The notes beneath the pieces were generated by a model. That model was not told the DNA's origin, made no database searches, and was given only the letters and a program-made list of their open reading frames with translations. A stretch of DNA of 64,000 nucleotides, taken from assembly GCA_963832655.1 (NCBI GenBank), contig CAWHUW010000005.1, positions 65,014 through 129,013 on the forward strand. The letters are read 5' to 3'. Position numbers and translations under genes: made by a program. Of this stretch, positions 1 through 12,894 are shown piece by piece; position 1 is the first letter of the stretch; each line of letters opens with the position of its first letter. The DNA comes from an uncultured Thermoleophilia bacterium (GTDB lineage: Bacteria > Actinomycetota > Thermoleophilia > UBA2241).

Positions 1-79
1 TGGCGGCGCGGTGCTCGTCCCAGGGATCAAGCTCCCAGGGGTACTGGCTTTCGTTGGCGTGGATCGTGGATTCCGGCAC
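1..79 (-). CDS. 5' end of an unidentified CDS running off the left edge (MPESTIHANESQYPWELDPWDEHRAA...)
   Basis: GTG at 77-79 (minus) is preceded by an AAGGAGG-like SD (complement of 83-90). All 26 visible codons have GC-rich third positions. The CDS is truncated by the window edge, so it is absent from the ORF track. Confidence 0.35.
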   Translation of the reverse strand, partial: MPESTIHANESQYPWELDPWDEHRAA

Positions 80-256
80 GGCCCCTCCTTCGCGGCGACG
101 GCCGCCATGTGACGCACGATGCGCCCACAGATCAAGTGGGAAGCATGGGAGACTCGCTGACGCCGAAGCTCCGGTTCGGTGTCACCCGCGGGAGCGCTGG
201 TTCCGCCGGGGTGCCTCGTGGAGGGAAGATCCCCGGCGACCCGGTGCCCGCGTCGG

Positions 257-535
257 TCAAGCGTCCCGAATGAGTTCGCGGGACACCTGGAAGATGACGC
301 GCTCCGCCGGATCGGGGCACTGGAGCTCGTACACCTCAGAACGCCCGTACTCCACTGGGTCGTTGGCCTTGCCCATCATGAACAGGGAGTACTGGATGGC
401 GGACAGGGCGACCGTGCAGACGCTTGTCGTCTGATCCAGGTCGATCATCGTGCCCTCGACCACCATCCGGTCGCCGACCTTCACGAGCGGGCAGCGGCTG
501 TCCTTCGCCTCAGCGATCACCTTGTAGCGGGCCAC
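257..535 (-). CDS. small Cys-containing protein, TIGR04076-like (family call from memory)
   Basis: 92-aa ORF with a GTG start and AAGGAGG about 5 nt upstream. Motifs CPLVKVGD, CTVALS and CPDP...VIFQV resemble the TIGR04076 family. Confidence 0.55.
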   Translation of the reverse strand: MARYKVIAEAKDSRCPLVKVGDRMVVEGTMIDLDQTTSVCTVALSAIQYSLFMMGKANDPVEYGRSEVYELQCPDPAERVIFQVSRELIRDA

Positions 536-625
536 CGTACCTCCTTCGTCAACACGAGGCCTTGGGACTCAAACGATAGCAGGTCGCTTCCTGTGCAGGA
601 TGTGATCACGGCACGAAGGGGTGGT

Positions 626-1126
626 CTATCGGGTCGCGAAGTGGGCGGCCACGCCGATCGTCCATACCGAGCCGGCGAGGCACACCATACCGAACTCGAC
701 GAGGACGCCGAGGCCGGTCGCCTTGAGCGTCTCCACGCTGGAAAAGAGCGCGGCGCGGAAGTCGCGGCGCCGGACAAGCTCGCTTGCGAGCAGCCCGGCG
801 CCGAAGCCCACGAACAAGCCGACCACCGGGATCAGGAACATACCGACCACGGCGGCGGCCATGGCCACGGCCACCGACCTCTTGGGGATCTGCTGCTGCT
901 TGAGCTTGCGCCCGGTGAGGACGTAGCTGGCCGACCAGCCGACGGTGACGAACAGGGCGCCGACGGCGGCGGCCGTCCACGAGACGGCGGAGCCCAGGAC
1001 CCACCCCCATGCGACCAGGGTGACGATGGCCAGGGGACTGCCGGGGAGCACCGGGTAGACGGTGCCGATGGCGGCGACGGCCAGTAAGAGCCCGGCGAAG
1101 ACGGTGACGGCGATCTCGATGTCCAC
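626..1126 (-). CDS. DUF456-like integral membrane protein
   Basis: ORF 626-1183; the probable start is GTG 1126 (VDIEIAVTVFAGLLLAVAAIGTVYPVLPGSPL...). It has four hydrophobic helices and the YPVLPGSP motif typical of DUF456. Confidence 0.65.
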   Translation of the reverse strand: MDIEIAVTVFAGLLLAVAAIGTVYPVLPGSPLAIVTLVAWGWVLGSAVSWTAAAVGALFVTVGWSASYVLTGRKLKQQQIPKRSVAVAMAAAVVGMFLIPVVGLFVGFGAGLLASELVRRRDFRAALFSSVETLKATGLGVLVEFGMVCLAGSVWTIGVAAHFATR

Positions 1127-1208
1127 GGCGTCATCCTGACATCGCGCGGGCCGAAGTGACACTCGCGCGCGCCGATGTCGCAAGCCGCGCCGCAGGGCGG
1201 CCCTTGCC

Positions 1209-1445
1209 CTAAAGGTTCTCCGAGGCCGCCGCTTCCAGTTCCTTCGCCCCCACCCTGGTGGCGGCCCAGGGCGCGTCAGGCAGAAGCGCCGAGTCCATCA
1301 GCAGCGTCGCCTGGCCGGTGTGCCTGTCGATCCTCACGCCGAAGTTGCGGTGCCAGAAGTAGACCGTGCCGTCGCTCGCGACGCAGCTCGCCTCGAAGCC
1401 CATCGAGACCACCTCCCTGCGACTGAACGTACGGTCGTCGCTCAC
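1209..1445 (-). CDS. hypothetical protein
   Basis: ORF 1209-1496; GTG at 1445 is preceded by GAAGGGAG. No family recognised. Confidence 0.35.
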   Translation of the reverse strand: MSDDRTFSRREVVSMGFEASCVASDGTVYFWHRNFGVRIDRHTGQATLLMDSALLPDAPWAATRVGAKELEAAASENL

Positions 1446-1687
1446 GCCCACTCCCTTCTCGCCTTCTCGAATGCCGCCCGTGGGCTGCACCATCACTATC
1501 GGCCGAGCAGGCGCGCGAGTCCGTGGGACGAGTGTCTAGACCCAGTCCTGACGAGAGGGCATCAGGTGCGTCGCGGCGCCCGTCGGTGGCAGCGCCGGAA
1601 GCGCCAGGGCGCGGAGGGGGTGACGCGGCCCTGCCCCGAGATGTATACAGGCAGCGAAATCGGTCATCCGCGGCAGGGGGAGCGCAG

Positions 1688-2632
1688 GTGAGCATCGTCG
1701 AGGTCCAGGCTCTTCGCAAGCAGTACGAGCCGCCGAAGGGCGTGCTCGCCGTCGACGACGTGAGCTTCGCCATCGAGCGCGGCGAGATCTTCAGCCTGCT
1801 GGGGCCGAACGGGGCCGGCAAGAGCACGACGATCTCGATGTTGTCGTGCCTGCTCCGGCCCAGCGGCGGCGACGCCCTCGTCGACGGTCACTCGGTCGTC
1901 GCCGACGCGCAGGCGGTCAAGTCGGTCATCGGCGTCGTCCCCCAGGACATCGCCGTCTACCCCGACATGACGGCGCGCGAGAACCTCGTCTTCTGGGGCC
2001 GCATGTACGGGCTCGCGGGGGCCGAGCTGAAGGGCCGGGTCGACGAGGTGCTCGAGCTCATCAGCCTCATCGACCGGCAGAACGACCGGGTCGACAAGTT
2101 CTCCGGGGGGATGAAGCGGCGCGTCAACATCGGCGTCGCCCTTCTGCACAGGCCCAAGGTCCTCTACCTCGACGAGCCGACCGTCGGCATCGATCCGCAG
2201 AGCCGGCGCTCGATCCTCGACGGCATCCTCGCCCTGCGCGACCAGGGCATGACCGTGCTCTACACGACGCACTACATGGCCGAGGCCCAGGAGCTGAGCG
2301 ACCGCATCGGCATCGTCGACCACGGCAAGATGATCGCGCTCGGCACGCACGCCGAGCTCGTGAGGATCGTCGGCGAGGAGGCGCGCGTCGACGTCACCGT
2401 GGACAAGGCCCTGGACGGCATGGTCGAGCGTTGGGCGGCCCTGAGCGGCGTGAGCAGCGCCTCCGTGGAGGAGGACCACGCCGAACTGCTCGTCGAGGAC
2501 GCGAACGAGGTACTGCCGCGGCTCTTCGAGGAGGCGGCGGCCGGGGGCTCGCGTATCACGGCGGTGAGCGTGAGCGAGCCGAACCTCGAGCTCGTCTTCC
2601 TGCACCTCACCGGCCGCGCGCTCCGCGACTAG
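1688..2632 (+). CDS. ABC transporter ATP-binding protein (ABC-2 exporter type)
   Basis: GTG 1688 follows GGGGGAG. Walker A LLGPNGAGKSTT, signature FSGGMKRRVNIG, Walker B VLYLDEPTVGIDP. Followed by two ABC-2 permease genes. Confidence 0.9.
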   Translation: MSIVEVQALRKQYEPPKGVLAVDDVSFAIERGEIFSLLGPNGAGKSTTISMLSCLLRPSGGDALVDGHSVVADAQAVKSVIGVVPQDIAVYPDMTARENLVFWGRMYGLAGAELKGRVDEVLELISLIDRQNDRVDKFSGGMKRRVNIGVALLHRPKVLYLDEPTVGIDPQSRRSILDGILALRDQGMTVLYTTHYMAEAQELSDRIGIVDHGKMIALGTHAELVRIVGEEARVDVTVDKALDGMVERWAALSGVSSASVEEDHAELLVEDANEVLPRLFEEAAAGGSRITAVSVSEPNLELVFLHLTGRALRD

Positions 2633-2669
2633 GACCGGAGAGCCTGGGGAGGCGCGAGAGAGCTCGAAG

Positions 2670-3919
2670 ATGACGAAGATCTGGGCCATCTCGTGGAAGG
2701 ACCTGCGCAGCACGATGCGCAACGTGCCGGCGCTGGCGATGATGCTGCTCGCGCCGCTGGCGCTCGGCGGCCTGCTCGGCTTCGCCTTCGGTGGCGGCGA
2801 CACGTTCCAGATCGCCGCGACGAAGGTCGCGCTCGCCAACGCCGACGAGCGGCCGGCGGCGGCCGGCGAAGCGCCGCCGCCGCTCGCCGGCGACACGTTC
2901 GCCGGCATCCTCACCAGCAAGGACCTCGAGGACGTGCTCGACGTGGCCGAGGTCGGTAGCGCGGCGGAGGCACGACGGCGAGTCGACGACGGCGATGCGG
3001 CCGTCGCCGTGATCGTGCCGCGCGACTTCACCGCCGCGCTCTATGGCAAGCAGGGCAAGCAGACCGCGGTCGAGCTGTACGTGAACCCCACGCAGGGGCT
3101 CGGGACGCTCGATCACCGAGTCGGTCGTGACGCAGGCGCTGCTCGACTTCAACGGGGCGCGGGCGGCCGCGACGGTCGCGGCAGTGATGGCCGGCGGGAC
3201 CGGCGGCCACGACGCCGCCGCGCAGGCCGCGGCCGCCCTCTTCCTTCAGGACGGCGGCGCGAGCCAGGGTCTCGTCCTCAGCGACCGCGAACCGCTCGCC
3301 GGCGGCGGAGACGAGGGCGACAAGGTCGCCCCCGTCGGCCTGATCCTCGCCGGCATGATGGTCTTCTTCATGTTCTTCGGCGCCTCCAACGTGGCCCGCA
3401 CGATCCTCACCGAGGACGCGGCACGGGACCTTGCCGCGCATGCTCACGACGCCCACGTCCACCGGGACCATCCTCGGCGGCAAGTTCTCCTCGGTGTTCC
3501 TCACCGTCACCGTGCAGACCGTCGTACTGCTCGTCGCCGGACGCGTCCTGTTCGGCATCGACTGGGGAAGCCTGGACGCCGTCACCCTCCTCACCCTCGT
3601 CGGCGCCGCAGTGGCCAGCGGTCTCGCGCTGCTCATCATCGCCGTGGTGCGGACCCCGGGACAGGCGGGCGCCATCGGCGCCGGCGTCTACCTCGTCCTC
3701 GCCCTGCTGGGCGGCAACTTCACCGGCACCGCCTCGACCAGCGGCGTCTACGCGACCATCCAGAAGTCCACTCCCAACGGCTGGCTGCTTCAAGGCTGGG
3801 ACGTGGCAATGCACGGAGGAGACCTCGCCGACGTCGCGTCCAAGCTGGTCGTCCCGCTCGTCTTCGCGGTCGTCTTCTTCACGGTCGCGGTGCTGCGCTT
3901 CAGGCGGCGGTACGCGTGA
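2670..3919 (+). pseudogene. ABC-2 family permease, reading frame broken twice as given
   Basis: N-terminus MTKIWAISWKDLRSTMRNVPALAMMLLAPL is in the frame of 2670. The middle (...SITESVVTQALLDFNG...LILAGMMVFFMFFGASNVARTIL) is in the frame of 3127. The C-terminus (LPRMLTTPTSTGTILGGKF...FFTVAVLRFRRRYA) is in the frame of 3431-3919. Shifts lie near 3105 and 3420. Confidence 0.75.
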
Positions 3920-5124
3920 ACAGGGTCTGGACACTGGCGCGCAAGGACCTGCTGGAGACGCGGCGCGACCGGCTCTCGGCGATCTTCATCGTCATCATGC
4001 CGATCGCCTTCACGACCTTCTTCGGCCTCATGTTCGGCGGCGGCAGCGACCGCCTGCCGCTCGCGCTGCACGACGCCGACGGCGGCGCCCAGGCGAAGCA
4101 GCTCGTGGCGGCGCTGGAGAGCTCCGACGCGGTCCGCGTCGTGCGCAAGAGCGCCGCCGACTTCGAGCCCTGGATGGCCGACGGGCGGGCGGCCGCCGGC
4201 CTGCTCATCCCGCCGGGCTTCTCGCAGTCCGTGCAGGCCGGAGAGCCGGTCGAGCTGACCGTCGTGAGCGATCCGACTTCGTCGGGCGCCCAGGCCGCCG
4301 CGGCCGAGATCCGCGCGGCGGCCGGGCGCCTCGTCGCCGCCGACCGGGCGGCAGTGGTCGGCGCGGAGGCGGCGCAGGCCGCCCAGGGAGATCAGGGCGC
4401 GGACCAGGGCGGGCAGGGCACCGGCCAGACTGACGTGCCGGCGGTGGCCCAGGCCATCGCGACGCAGGCGATGGAGGAGCCGGCCGTCTCGCTCCGGACC
4501 GTGCAGGCCGGCGCGGCCGAGGGTCAGATCCCCAACGGCTTCGTCCTCAGCTCGCCCGGCATGATGGTCAACTTCATCATGTTCAGCCTTCTGACCGCCG
4601 GCATGGCGCTGATCATGGAGCGGCGCTACGGCACGCTCCGGCGGCTCATGACGACCAGGGTCCGCCGCTCCGAGCTGATCGCCGGCAAGATGGCGGGCAT
4701 GTTCGCGCTCACCTTCTTGCAGCAGGTCCTGCTGATCGCCGTCGGCCAGTTGTTCTTCGGCGTCGACTACCTCAACGACCCGGCCGCCCTGCTGCTGATG
4801 ATGATCGCTCTCTCGCTGGTGGCGTCCAGCCTCGGGCTGCTGCTCGCCTCGGTGCTCACCAGCGAGCAGGCGATGGTCGCCACCGTGGTCATCGTCTCCA
4901 TGAGCGTCTCGGCCCTGTCGGGGGCGTGGTTCCCGCTGGAGATCACAGGCCCGGGGTTCCAGTTCGTCGGCCACCTGCTGCCCACGGCGTGGATCCTCGA
5001 CGGTCTTCGCGGCATCATCGTCCAGGGATACGGCGTCGAGGACGTGCTGCCCGCGTTCGCCGTCGCCCTCGCCTGGTCGGCCGGCCTGTTCGGGCTCGCC
5101 GTCGCCCGCTTCAGGCTGTCGTAG
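3916..5124 (+). CDS. ABC-2 family permease (second membrane subunit)
   Basis: GTG 3916 overlaps the previous stop (GTGA). Begins VNRVWTLARKDLLETRRDRLSAIFIVIMPIAF. It has a large extracytoplasmic loop followed by about 5 C-terminal TM helices. Confidence 0.85.
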   Translation: MNRVWTLARKDLLETRRDRLSAIFIVIMPIAFTTFFGLMFGGGSDRLPLALHDADGGAQAKQLVAALESSDAVRVVRKSAADFEPWMADGRAAAGLLIPPGFSQSVQAGEPVELTVVSDPTSSGAQAAAAEIRAAAGRLVAADRAAVVGAEAAQAAQGDQGADQGGQGTGQTDVPAVAQAIATQAMEEPAVSLRTVQAGAAEGQIPNGFVLSSPGMMVNFIMFSLLTAGMALIMERRYGTLRRLMTTRVRRSELIAGKMAGMFALTFLQQVLLIAVGQLFFGVDYLNDPAALLLMMIALSLVASSLGLLLASVLTSEQAMVATVVIVSMSVSALSGAWFPLEITGPGFQFVGHLLPTAWILDGLRGIIVQGYGVEDVLPAFAVALAWSAGLFGLAVARFRLS

Positions 5125-5193
5125 ACGACGGGGCTGCGGCCGGCAGGCGGTCCGCTGCGGTGGGCTTGCAGTGCCGTGGGATACCATTGGTCG

Positions 5194-6513
<1,320 letters not shown>

Positions 6514-6598
6514 CTGGACGCGATAGGCTCCGGGCAGAGCGAGACCCGCCGGGGTCGCGCAGCCACCCGACGTGGGACGACCTGAGAGGGGGCCTCCA

Positions 6599-8087
6599 AT
6601 GCCTGACGGCAAGCCGAACATCCTCGTCCTGTGGGGCGACGACATCGGCACCTGGAACATCAGCCACAACAACCGCGGCATGATGGGCTACTCCACGCCC
6701 AACATCGACCGCCTGGCCCGCGAAGGCATCGGCTTCACCGACTTCTACGGCCAGCAGAGCTGCACCGCCGGCCGCGCGGCCTTCATCACCGGGCAGAACC
6801 CGTTGCGCACCGGCCTCACCAAGGTCGGCCTGCCCGGCGCCGACTTCGGGCTCAGACCCGAAGACCCGACCATCGCCGAGCTGCTCAAGCCCTGCGGCTA
6901 CGCCACGGCCCAGTTCGGCAAGAACCACATCGGCGACCTCGACGAGCACCTGCCGACGAACCACGGCTTCGACGAGTTCTTCGGCAACCTCTACCACCTC
7001 AACGCCGAGGAGGAGCCGGAGCACGAGGACTACCCCAAGGATCCCGCCTTCAAGAAGCGCTTCGGGCCGCGCGGCGTCATCCACAGCTGGGCGCAGCCCG
7101 ACGGCACGCAGAAGATCGAGGACACCGGTCCGCTGACGAAGAAGCGCATGGAGACGATCGACGACGAGGTGACCGCGCGGACCCTCGAGTACCTCGACGA
7201 GGTCACGGCAGACGGGCAAGCCGTTCTTCATCTGGTGGAACGCGACGCGCATGCACTTCCGCACCCACGTCAAGGAGGAGAACCGCGGCATCAGCGGCCA
7301 GGGCGAGTACAACGACGGCATGGTCGAGCACGACCGCCACGTCGGCATGATCCTCGACAAGCTCGACGAGCTCGGCATCGCCGACGACACGATCGTCATG
7401 TACTCGACCGACAACGGCCCGCACTACAACTCGTGGCCGGACGCCGCGATCACGCCGTTCCGCTCCGAGAAGAACAGCAACTGGGAGGGCGCCTACCGGG
7501 TGCCGGCGTTCCTGCGCTGGCCGGGCGAAGTGGCAGGCAGGCGTGACGCTCAACGGCATCGTCGCCCACCAGGACATGCTGACCACGTTCCTCGCCGTCG
7601 CCGGTGAACCGGACATCGCCGCCAAGTGCAGGGCCGGCCACGCGGCCGGCGGCAAGACGTTCAAGGTCGTCCTCGACGGCAAGGACATGAACGCCTACTT
7701 CGCCGGCGAGACGCGGGAGAGCCCGCGCGACCGGTTCTTCTACGTCAACGACGACGCCGAGCTCGTGGCGCTGCGCGTCGGCGACTGGAAGTTCGTCTTC
7801 AAGGAGCAGCGCGCGCATCAGCTCGCGCTGTGGCTGGAGCCGTTCGTCGAGTTGCGCGCGCCGAAGATCGTCAACCTCCGGCGCGACCCCTTCGAGCGCG
7901 CGCTCACCGACTCCAACACCTACTGCGACTGGATGATCGACCGCATCTACATGATCGTCCCGGCACAGGCGGCGGTGGCGAGGCGATCCAGGAGTTCAAG
8001 GAGTTCCCGCCGCGGCAGAAGCCGGCGTCGTTCAACCTGGACCGGATCCTCGAGAAGCTGCAGGAGGGCGCCGGCAGCCAGAGCTGA
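6599..8087 (+). pseudogene. arylsulfatase (Cys-type, formylglycine motif C-T-A-G-R); three frame breaks as given
   Basis: [45 protein letters not shown], then ...[25 protein letters not shown] and [15 protein letters not shown] in shifted frames. Shifts lie near 7212 (GG to GGG), 7540 and 7975. The C-terminal FKEFPPRQKPASFNLD is in a fourth segment. Confidence 0.85.
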
Positions 8088-8150
8088 GGCGGCGCCCGAT
8101 GGCGGAGAACATGGGCGCGCTGACGCCCGGCACGACTGGGTAAGGCGCTG

Positions 8151-9919
8151 ATGACCACCCCTGGACGGGTCGCCCGCGTCGTGCCGGCCGTCAAGGCGTG
8201 GGCGCGTTCGATCAAGCCGTCGCGCGCTGGCGCTCAAGGGGGACATGGTCGCCGGCGTGCCCGGCGCCGTGGGCAGCGTGCCGGACGGCATGGCGGCGTC
8301 GGTGCTCGCCGGCGTCAACCCCGTCCACGGCCTGTACGCGAGCTTCGCGGGGCCGATCGCCGGCGGCCTCACGTCGAGCACCAGGCTGATGGTCATCACG
8401 ACGACGAGCGCCGCGGCGCTCGCCGCCGGATCGGCCCTCGAAGGACTTCGACCCGGCGGAGCGCACCGAGGCGCTCTTCCTGCTGACCATCCTGGCCGGC
8501 GTGCTCATGGTCGTCGCCGGCCTGCTGCGCCTCGGTCGCTACACGCGCTTCGTCTCCCTCTCGGTCATGCTCGGCTTCCTCACCGGGGTCGCCGCCAACA
8601 TCGTCCTCAGCCAGATCAGCGACCTGACGGGGGCCGAGGGCCAGGGCGATGTCGCACTCACCCGCGCACTCGACATCCTGCTCCACCCGTCGCGGATCGA
8701 CACGGCCAGCCTCCTCGTCGGCGCCATGACGCTCGCCCTGCTCCTTCTTCTTACGCGCACGCGAATGGCGACCTACGCCTCGGTCGTCGCACTCGGCATC
8801 CCCAGCGTCCTCGCCGTCCTCGCCCTGCCGGGCGTGGCCACAGTGGCCGACCTCGGTGACATCCCGACCGGGATACCGCTGCCGAGCCTGCCGCCGCTCA
8901 GCCTCTTCTTCTCGGCCAGCGTGCTGACGGGGGCCATCGTCATCGCCGTCATCGTGCTCGTGCAGGGCGCCGGCGTGGCGGAGGCCGCGCCGAACCCGGA
9001 CGGGACGCCGTCGGATACTGACGCCGACTTCAGGGCGCAGGGTCTGCGGCAACGTGGCCGCCGGGCTCTTCCGCGGCCAGCCCGTCGGCGGTTCGGTCGG
9101 GCAGACCGCCCTCAACGCCGCCGCTGGGGCTCGTACCCGGTGGGCGTCGATCTTCTCCGGGATCTGGATGCTCGCCGTCCTTTCGCTTCTGTCCGGGCTC
9201 GTAGGCAAGGTGGCGATGCCGACGCTGGCGGCGATCCTCATCTTCGCCGCCGTCGGGTCCGTCAAGGTCGATCAGATCCGCATGATCGTGCGCACGGGCA
9301 ACAGCGCGATCATCGCCATGGTGACGACCTTCCTCGCCACCCTGTTCCTGCCGATCGCCGCGGCGGTCGGCATCGGCGTGGCGCTCTCGCTCCTGCTGCA
9401 GCTCAACAGGGAGGCTCTGGACCTGCGCGTCGTCTCGCTCGTGCCTCGCGAGGACGGGCGCTTCACGGAGGAGCGTGTGCCGGCCTCGCTGGCGGGGCAC
9501 GAGGTCCTGCTTCTCGACGTCTACGGCAGCCTCTACTACGCGGGGGCGCGCACGCTGGCCGCGCGCCTGCCCGACCCGCAGGGAGCAGAGGCGCCGGTCG
9601 TGGTGCTGCGCCTTCGTGGACGCACGACCCTCGGGGCCACCTCGTTCAAGATGCTCACCGACTACGCCGGGCCCCTCGAGGCCGCCGGCGGGCGCCTCTT
9701 CCTCAGCGGGGTCGCGCCCGCGCTCCTCGAGCAGTTCACGCGCACCGGCAGGCGAGGGCGCGGAGCGCATCCACGTCTTCCCCGCGACCGACGTCGATCG
9801 GCGAGTCCAGCGCTGAGGCGTACCGCATCGCCGCAGAGTGGCGAACGGCAAGCGTCGCGGGCGAGGACGCGCGCGCCGCCGGCCGAGAGCCGAGCGAACG
9901 CTCCTCCGAGAGGGACTGA
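8151..9919 (+). pseudogene. SulP-family anion (sulfate) permease with C-terminal STAS domain; about 5 frame breaks
   Basis: Segments LKGDMVAGVPGAVGSVPDGMAASVLAGVNPVHGLYASF, LMVVAGLLRLGRYTRFVSLSVMLGFLTGVAANI, AAGLFRGQPVGGSVGQTALN and the STAS part EVLLLDVYGSLYYAGARTL...VVVLRLRG lie in different frames. Shifts lie near 8225, 8450, 9045, 9750 and 9795. Confidence 0.8.
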
Positions 9920-9920
9920 C

Positions 9921-10950
9921 GTGGGCATGCTCTCGCGCGTGATCGACGCCGGCAGGGAACACCGGAACCCGCTGCCCGAGGTCGAGACGGGGTTGTTCGT
10001 CGGCACCGCGTCGCGCGGCGCCATGCTGACGCGCTTCTGGACGCTGCTCCTGCTCGCCAGCGTGGCCGCCGCCGCCGGCGTGGTCGACGACTCGACGCCC
10101 CTGATCATCGGCGCGATGATCGTCTCGCCCCTGTCCACCCCGGTCTACGGCATCGCCCTGGGCACCGTCGTCGGCTCCCGCCGTGACCTCCGCGACGCCC
10201 TGCTCCTGCTCGCGGCCGGTATCGCTGCCAGCATCGCCATCGGCCTGCTCGTCAGCCTGCTGACCTTCGAGCGTGTCCCGGTCGAGGCCAACCCGCAGAT
10301 CGTCGGCCGCACGGCGCCGAAGGTCCTCGACCTGGTGGTCGCTATCGCCATGGGTGTGGTCGGCGCCTTCGCCCTCGTGCGCCGCGACGTCGCCAACATC
10401 GTCGCCGGGGTCGCGATCGCCATCTCGCTGGTGCCGGTGCTCGAGGTGGTCGGCATCACCCTCGGTGAGGGACGCCTCGACCTCGCCTGGGGCGCCCTCC
10501 TGCTCTTTCTCACCAACGTCGCGGCGATCATCGTCGCCGGCGTGGTCGTGTTCACGGCGGCCGGCTACCAGCACGAGGCTCGCCGTCCACGGCGCCGGCC
10601 GCCGGGCCAAGGCGTTCATCGCCGTGCTGATCGTGGTGCTCGTCGTCCCGCTGACCGTCACCTCGGTGCGCACCTATCGCTACCAGCGCTGGATGGAGGC
10701 GACCGACGTCGCGACCCGGCACTGGGCTGCCGACTCCGGCTGGCGCCTGATCGACGTGCGCCAGGAAGGTGACGAGATCGTCGCCACCGTCATCGGCCCG
10801 GGTGAGGCGCCTTCCCTCGAGGCCCTGCAGGGCACGAGTACGGCGCTCGGTGCCGAACTCGGTGACCGTGCAGGATCGTCAAGGGGAGCGGTGCAGACGG
10901 ATGAGCTCCAGGATCGGCGCCGAGAAGGGGGAGAGCATGGACCGCCTTGA
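9921..10950 (+). pseudogene. DUF389 (TIGR00341-like) membrane protein; frame broken, 3' end uncertain
   Basis: GTG 9921 lies 1 nt after the SulP stop. Contains STPLIIGAMIVSPLSTPVYGIALG and VAGVAIAISLVPVLEVVGITLG. The frame changes near 10575 and again near 10860. Confidence 0.65.
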
Positions 10951-11631
10951 GCGACAGAGCAGTCCGGGCCATCCAAGGTCGAGCGCCGGGCAACGACTCC
11001 GGTGGCCGGCGCGATCGCCGGCATCCTCTTCGCCGTGCTGTTCGGCGATCAGCGTCGTCATCATTTCGACCGACGATGACCGACGTCGCCGACGAGTACG
11101 GGTGCCTGGCTGGAGGCGGGACGCCGACAGGTTCAAGTTCGCCCTCAGCCTGCTACCCTTCGCGGGGCTGTTCTTCCTCTGGTTCATCGCCGTGACTCGC
11201 GAGCGCCTGGGCCGGTTCGAGGACCAGTTCTTCGCGACCGTCTTCCTCGGCAGCGGTCTGCTGTTCCTCGCCCTGATGTTCGCCGCCGCCGCCTCGGCGG
11301 GAGCCATCGTCGCCACCTACGCCAGGGACCCGTCCGGCTTCGCCGACAGCACGCACCTACCTCTTACGCGCGGCAGACGGTCGCCCAGATCTTCGGCGTC
11401 TACGCGCTGCGCATGGCGGCCGTCTTCCTCATCTCGCAGGCCACGCTCTGGCTGCGCACCGGGGTGATGCCGCGGTGGATGGCTTTCCTCACCTTTCCCG
11501 TGGCGCTCGTCCTGCTCTTCATCGTGACCGAGGTCACCGTTGGATCATGCTCGTCTTCCCGGCGTGGGTGCTTCCTCGTCAGCGTGTACATCCTCGTCGT
11601 GAATCTCCGCAGGCGAGGAGAGGCGGCATGA
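10937..11631 (+). pseudogene. hypothetical multi-pass membrane protein; several frame breaks
   Basis: ATG 10937 follows GAAGGGGGA. Hydrophobic segments (AGAIAGILFAVLFG, FALSLLPFAGLFFLWFIAVTRERLGRFEDQFFATVFLGSGLLFLALMF, AAVFLISQATLWLRTGVMPRWMAFLTFPVALVLLF) are spread over three frames. Confidence 0.4.
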
Positions 11632-11732
11632 CCCGTCTGCATGGCTGACGCCCAGGCAGGCGGAGCTCGATCACCTGGTCGGATCCGGGTGCTGCGCGTG
11701 AGGCCGACCGGCGGCGCGTCAGCCGAGCCCGC

Positions 11733-12875
11733 TCAGACGAGGACCTTCGCGACGTAGGGCGACGCGTATGCCCTGATCGTCGCCGCGTAACTCAGTGAGA
11801 AGCTCAGCACGTCGCCGACCTTCGGCGCGACCGACGCGTCGGTCGCGTCCAGGACGGTGTGGTCGCTGCTGCCTCCGATCACGGCGATGCCCGGCTCCAC
11901 CGGCGTCAGTCCGAGCGGGTCCACGTCCTGCTGGCCCAGGGCGACGATCACGCGGAGCCCCCTGCCCGTCCGCGTCCTCCGCGGCTTGCTGAAGAGGACC
12001 TGCTCGGCCAACGGCCCGACAGGCTCGAAGTCCTTCCACTTGGCCTCGATCACCGTCGCGCTGACCTCGATCGCGTCCTGATGGAGCCCGTCGATCGGGG
12101 CGCGGCTGATCTCGTCCCGCCCGCCGAGGATCGACTCGCCGACGCGCAGGTCGTGGATGCCGGCGGGCAGGCCGCCGGCGAGGGCGAGGTTGAGGGCGCT
12201 CGAGTTGGCGCCGCTGACGACGAGCGGGTAGCCGAGCACGGCGGCGGCCTCGTCGCGCATCGCGATCAGGGCCGCCATCTTCTCGGGCGTCGGCAGCGCG
12301 CCGCCGAGGCAGACGAAGTTGGAGCCGAGGCCGTGCACGCGCACGCCCTCCATGCGGCTCACGGCGCGCACGACGTCGGGAAGCTCCTCGGGCAGGATGC
12401 CCTCGCGCACGTCGCCCATCTCGACCATGAGCAGCACGCCGTGCTCGCGCCCGCGGCGGCGTGCCGCCGCCGCCAGCGCGGCGATGGTCACGACCTCGGT
12501 GTTGAGCGACACGTCCGCGAGATCGACCGCATCGCCGGCCTGGTCGGGCGCCGGCGCGCGGATGAGCCAGAGCGGCACGCCGAGCTCCGCGCCGCGCAGC
12601 GTCTCGAGGTCCTCGAGACGCGAGTCGCCGAGCGCGCAGGCGCCCCCGGCAAGCATCGCCCGGGCGAGGTCCACGCTGCCGCAGAAGGCCTTCGTCACGC
12701 CCACCACGCCGACGGGGTCGAGCCGCGCGACGAGGCTCGCGGTGTTCTCGCGGATCTTCGCGAGGTCGATGGCCATCGAGACGGTGGACTTCACGACGCC
12801 TCTCTCGAGTCGATCTGGCTTGCCGGGCGGGTCAAAGAGGGGCGGCTCCCCCTCGCGGAGGAGCCGCCCCGTCAC
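11733..12875 (-). CDS. alanine/ornithine racemase-family PLP-dependent enzyme (YhfX/Orr-like)
   Basis: Intact 380-aa ORF. PLP-lysine context VVGVTKAFCG, a TIM-barrel N-terminal half and a beta C-terminal half. The true start may be ATG 12776 (MAIDLAKIRENT). Confidence 0.8.
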   Translation of the reverse strand: MTGRLLREGEPPLFDPPGKPDRLERGVVKSTVSMAIDLAKIRENTASLVARLDPVGVVGVTKAFCGSVDLARAMLAGGACALGDSRLEDLETLRGAELGVPLWLIRAPAPDQAGDAVDLADVSLNTEVVTIAALAAAARRRGREHGVLLMVEMGDVREGILPEELPDVVRAVSRMEGVRVHGLGSNFVCLGGALPTPEKMAALIAMRDEAAAVLGYPLVVSGANSSALNLALAGGLPAGIHDLRVGESILGGRDEISRAPIDGLHQDAIEVSATVIEAKWKDFEPVGPLAEQVLFSKPRRTRTGRGLRVIVALGQQDVDPLGLTPVEPGIAVIGGSSDHTVLDATDASVAPKVGDVLSFSLSYAATIRAYASPYVAKVLV

Positions 12876-12894
12876 ACTGCCGTCGGGACCTGGA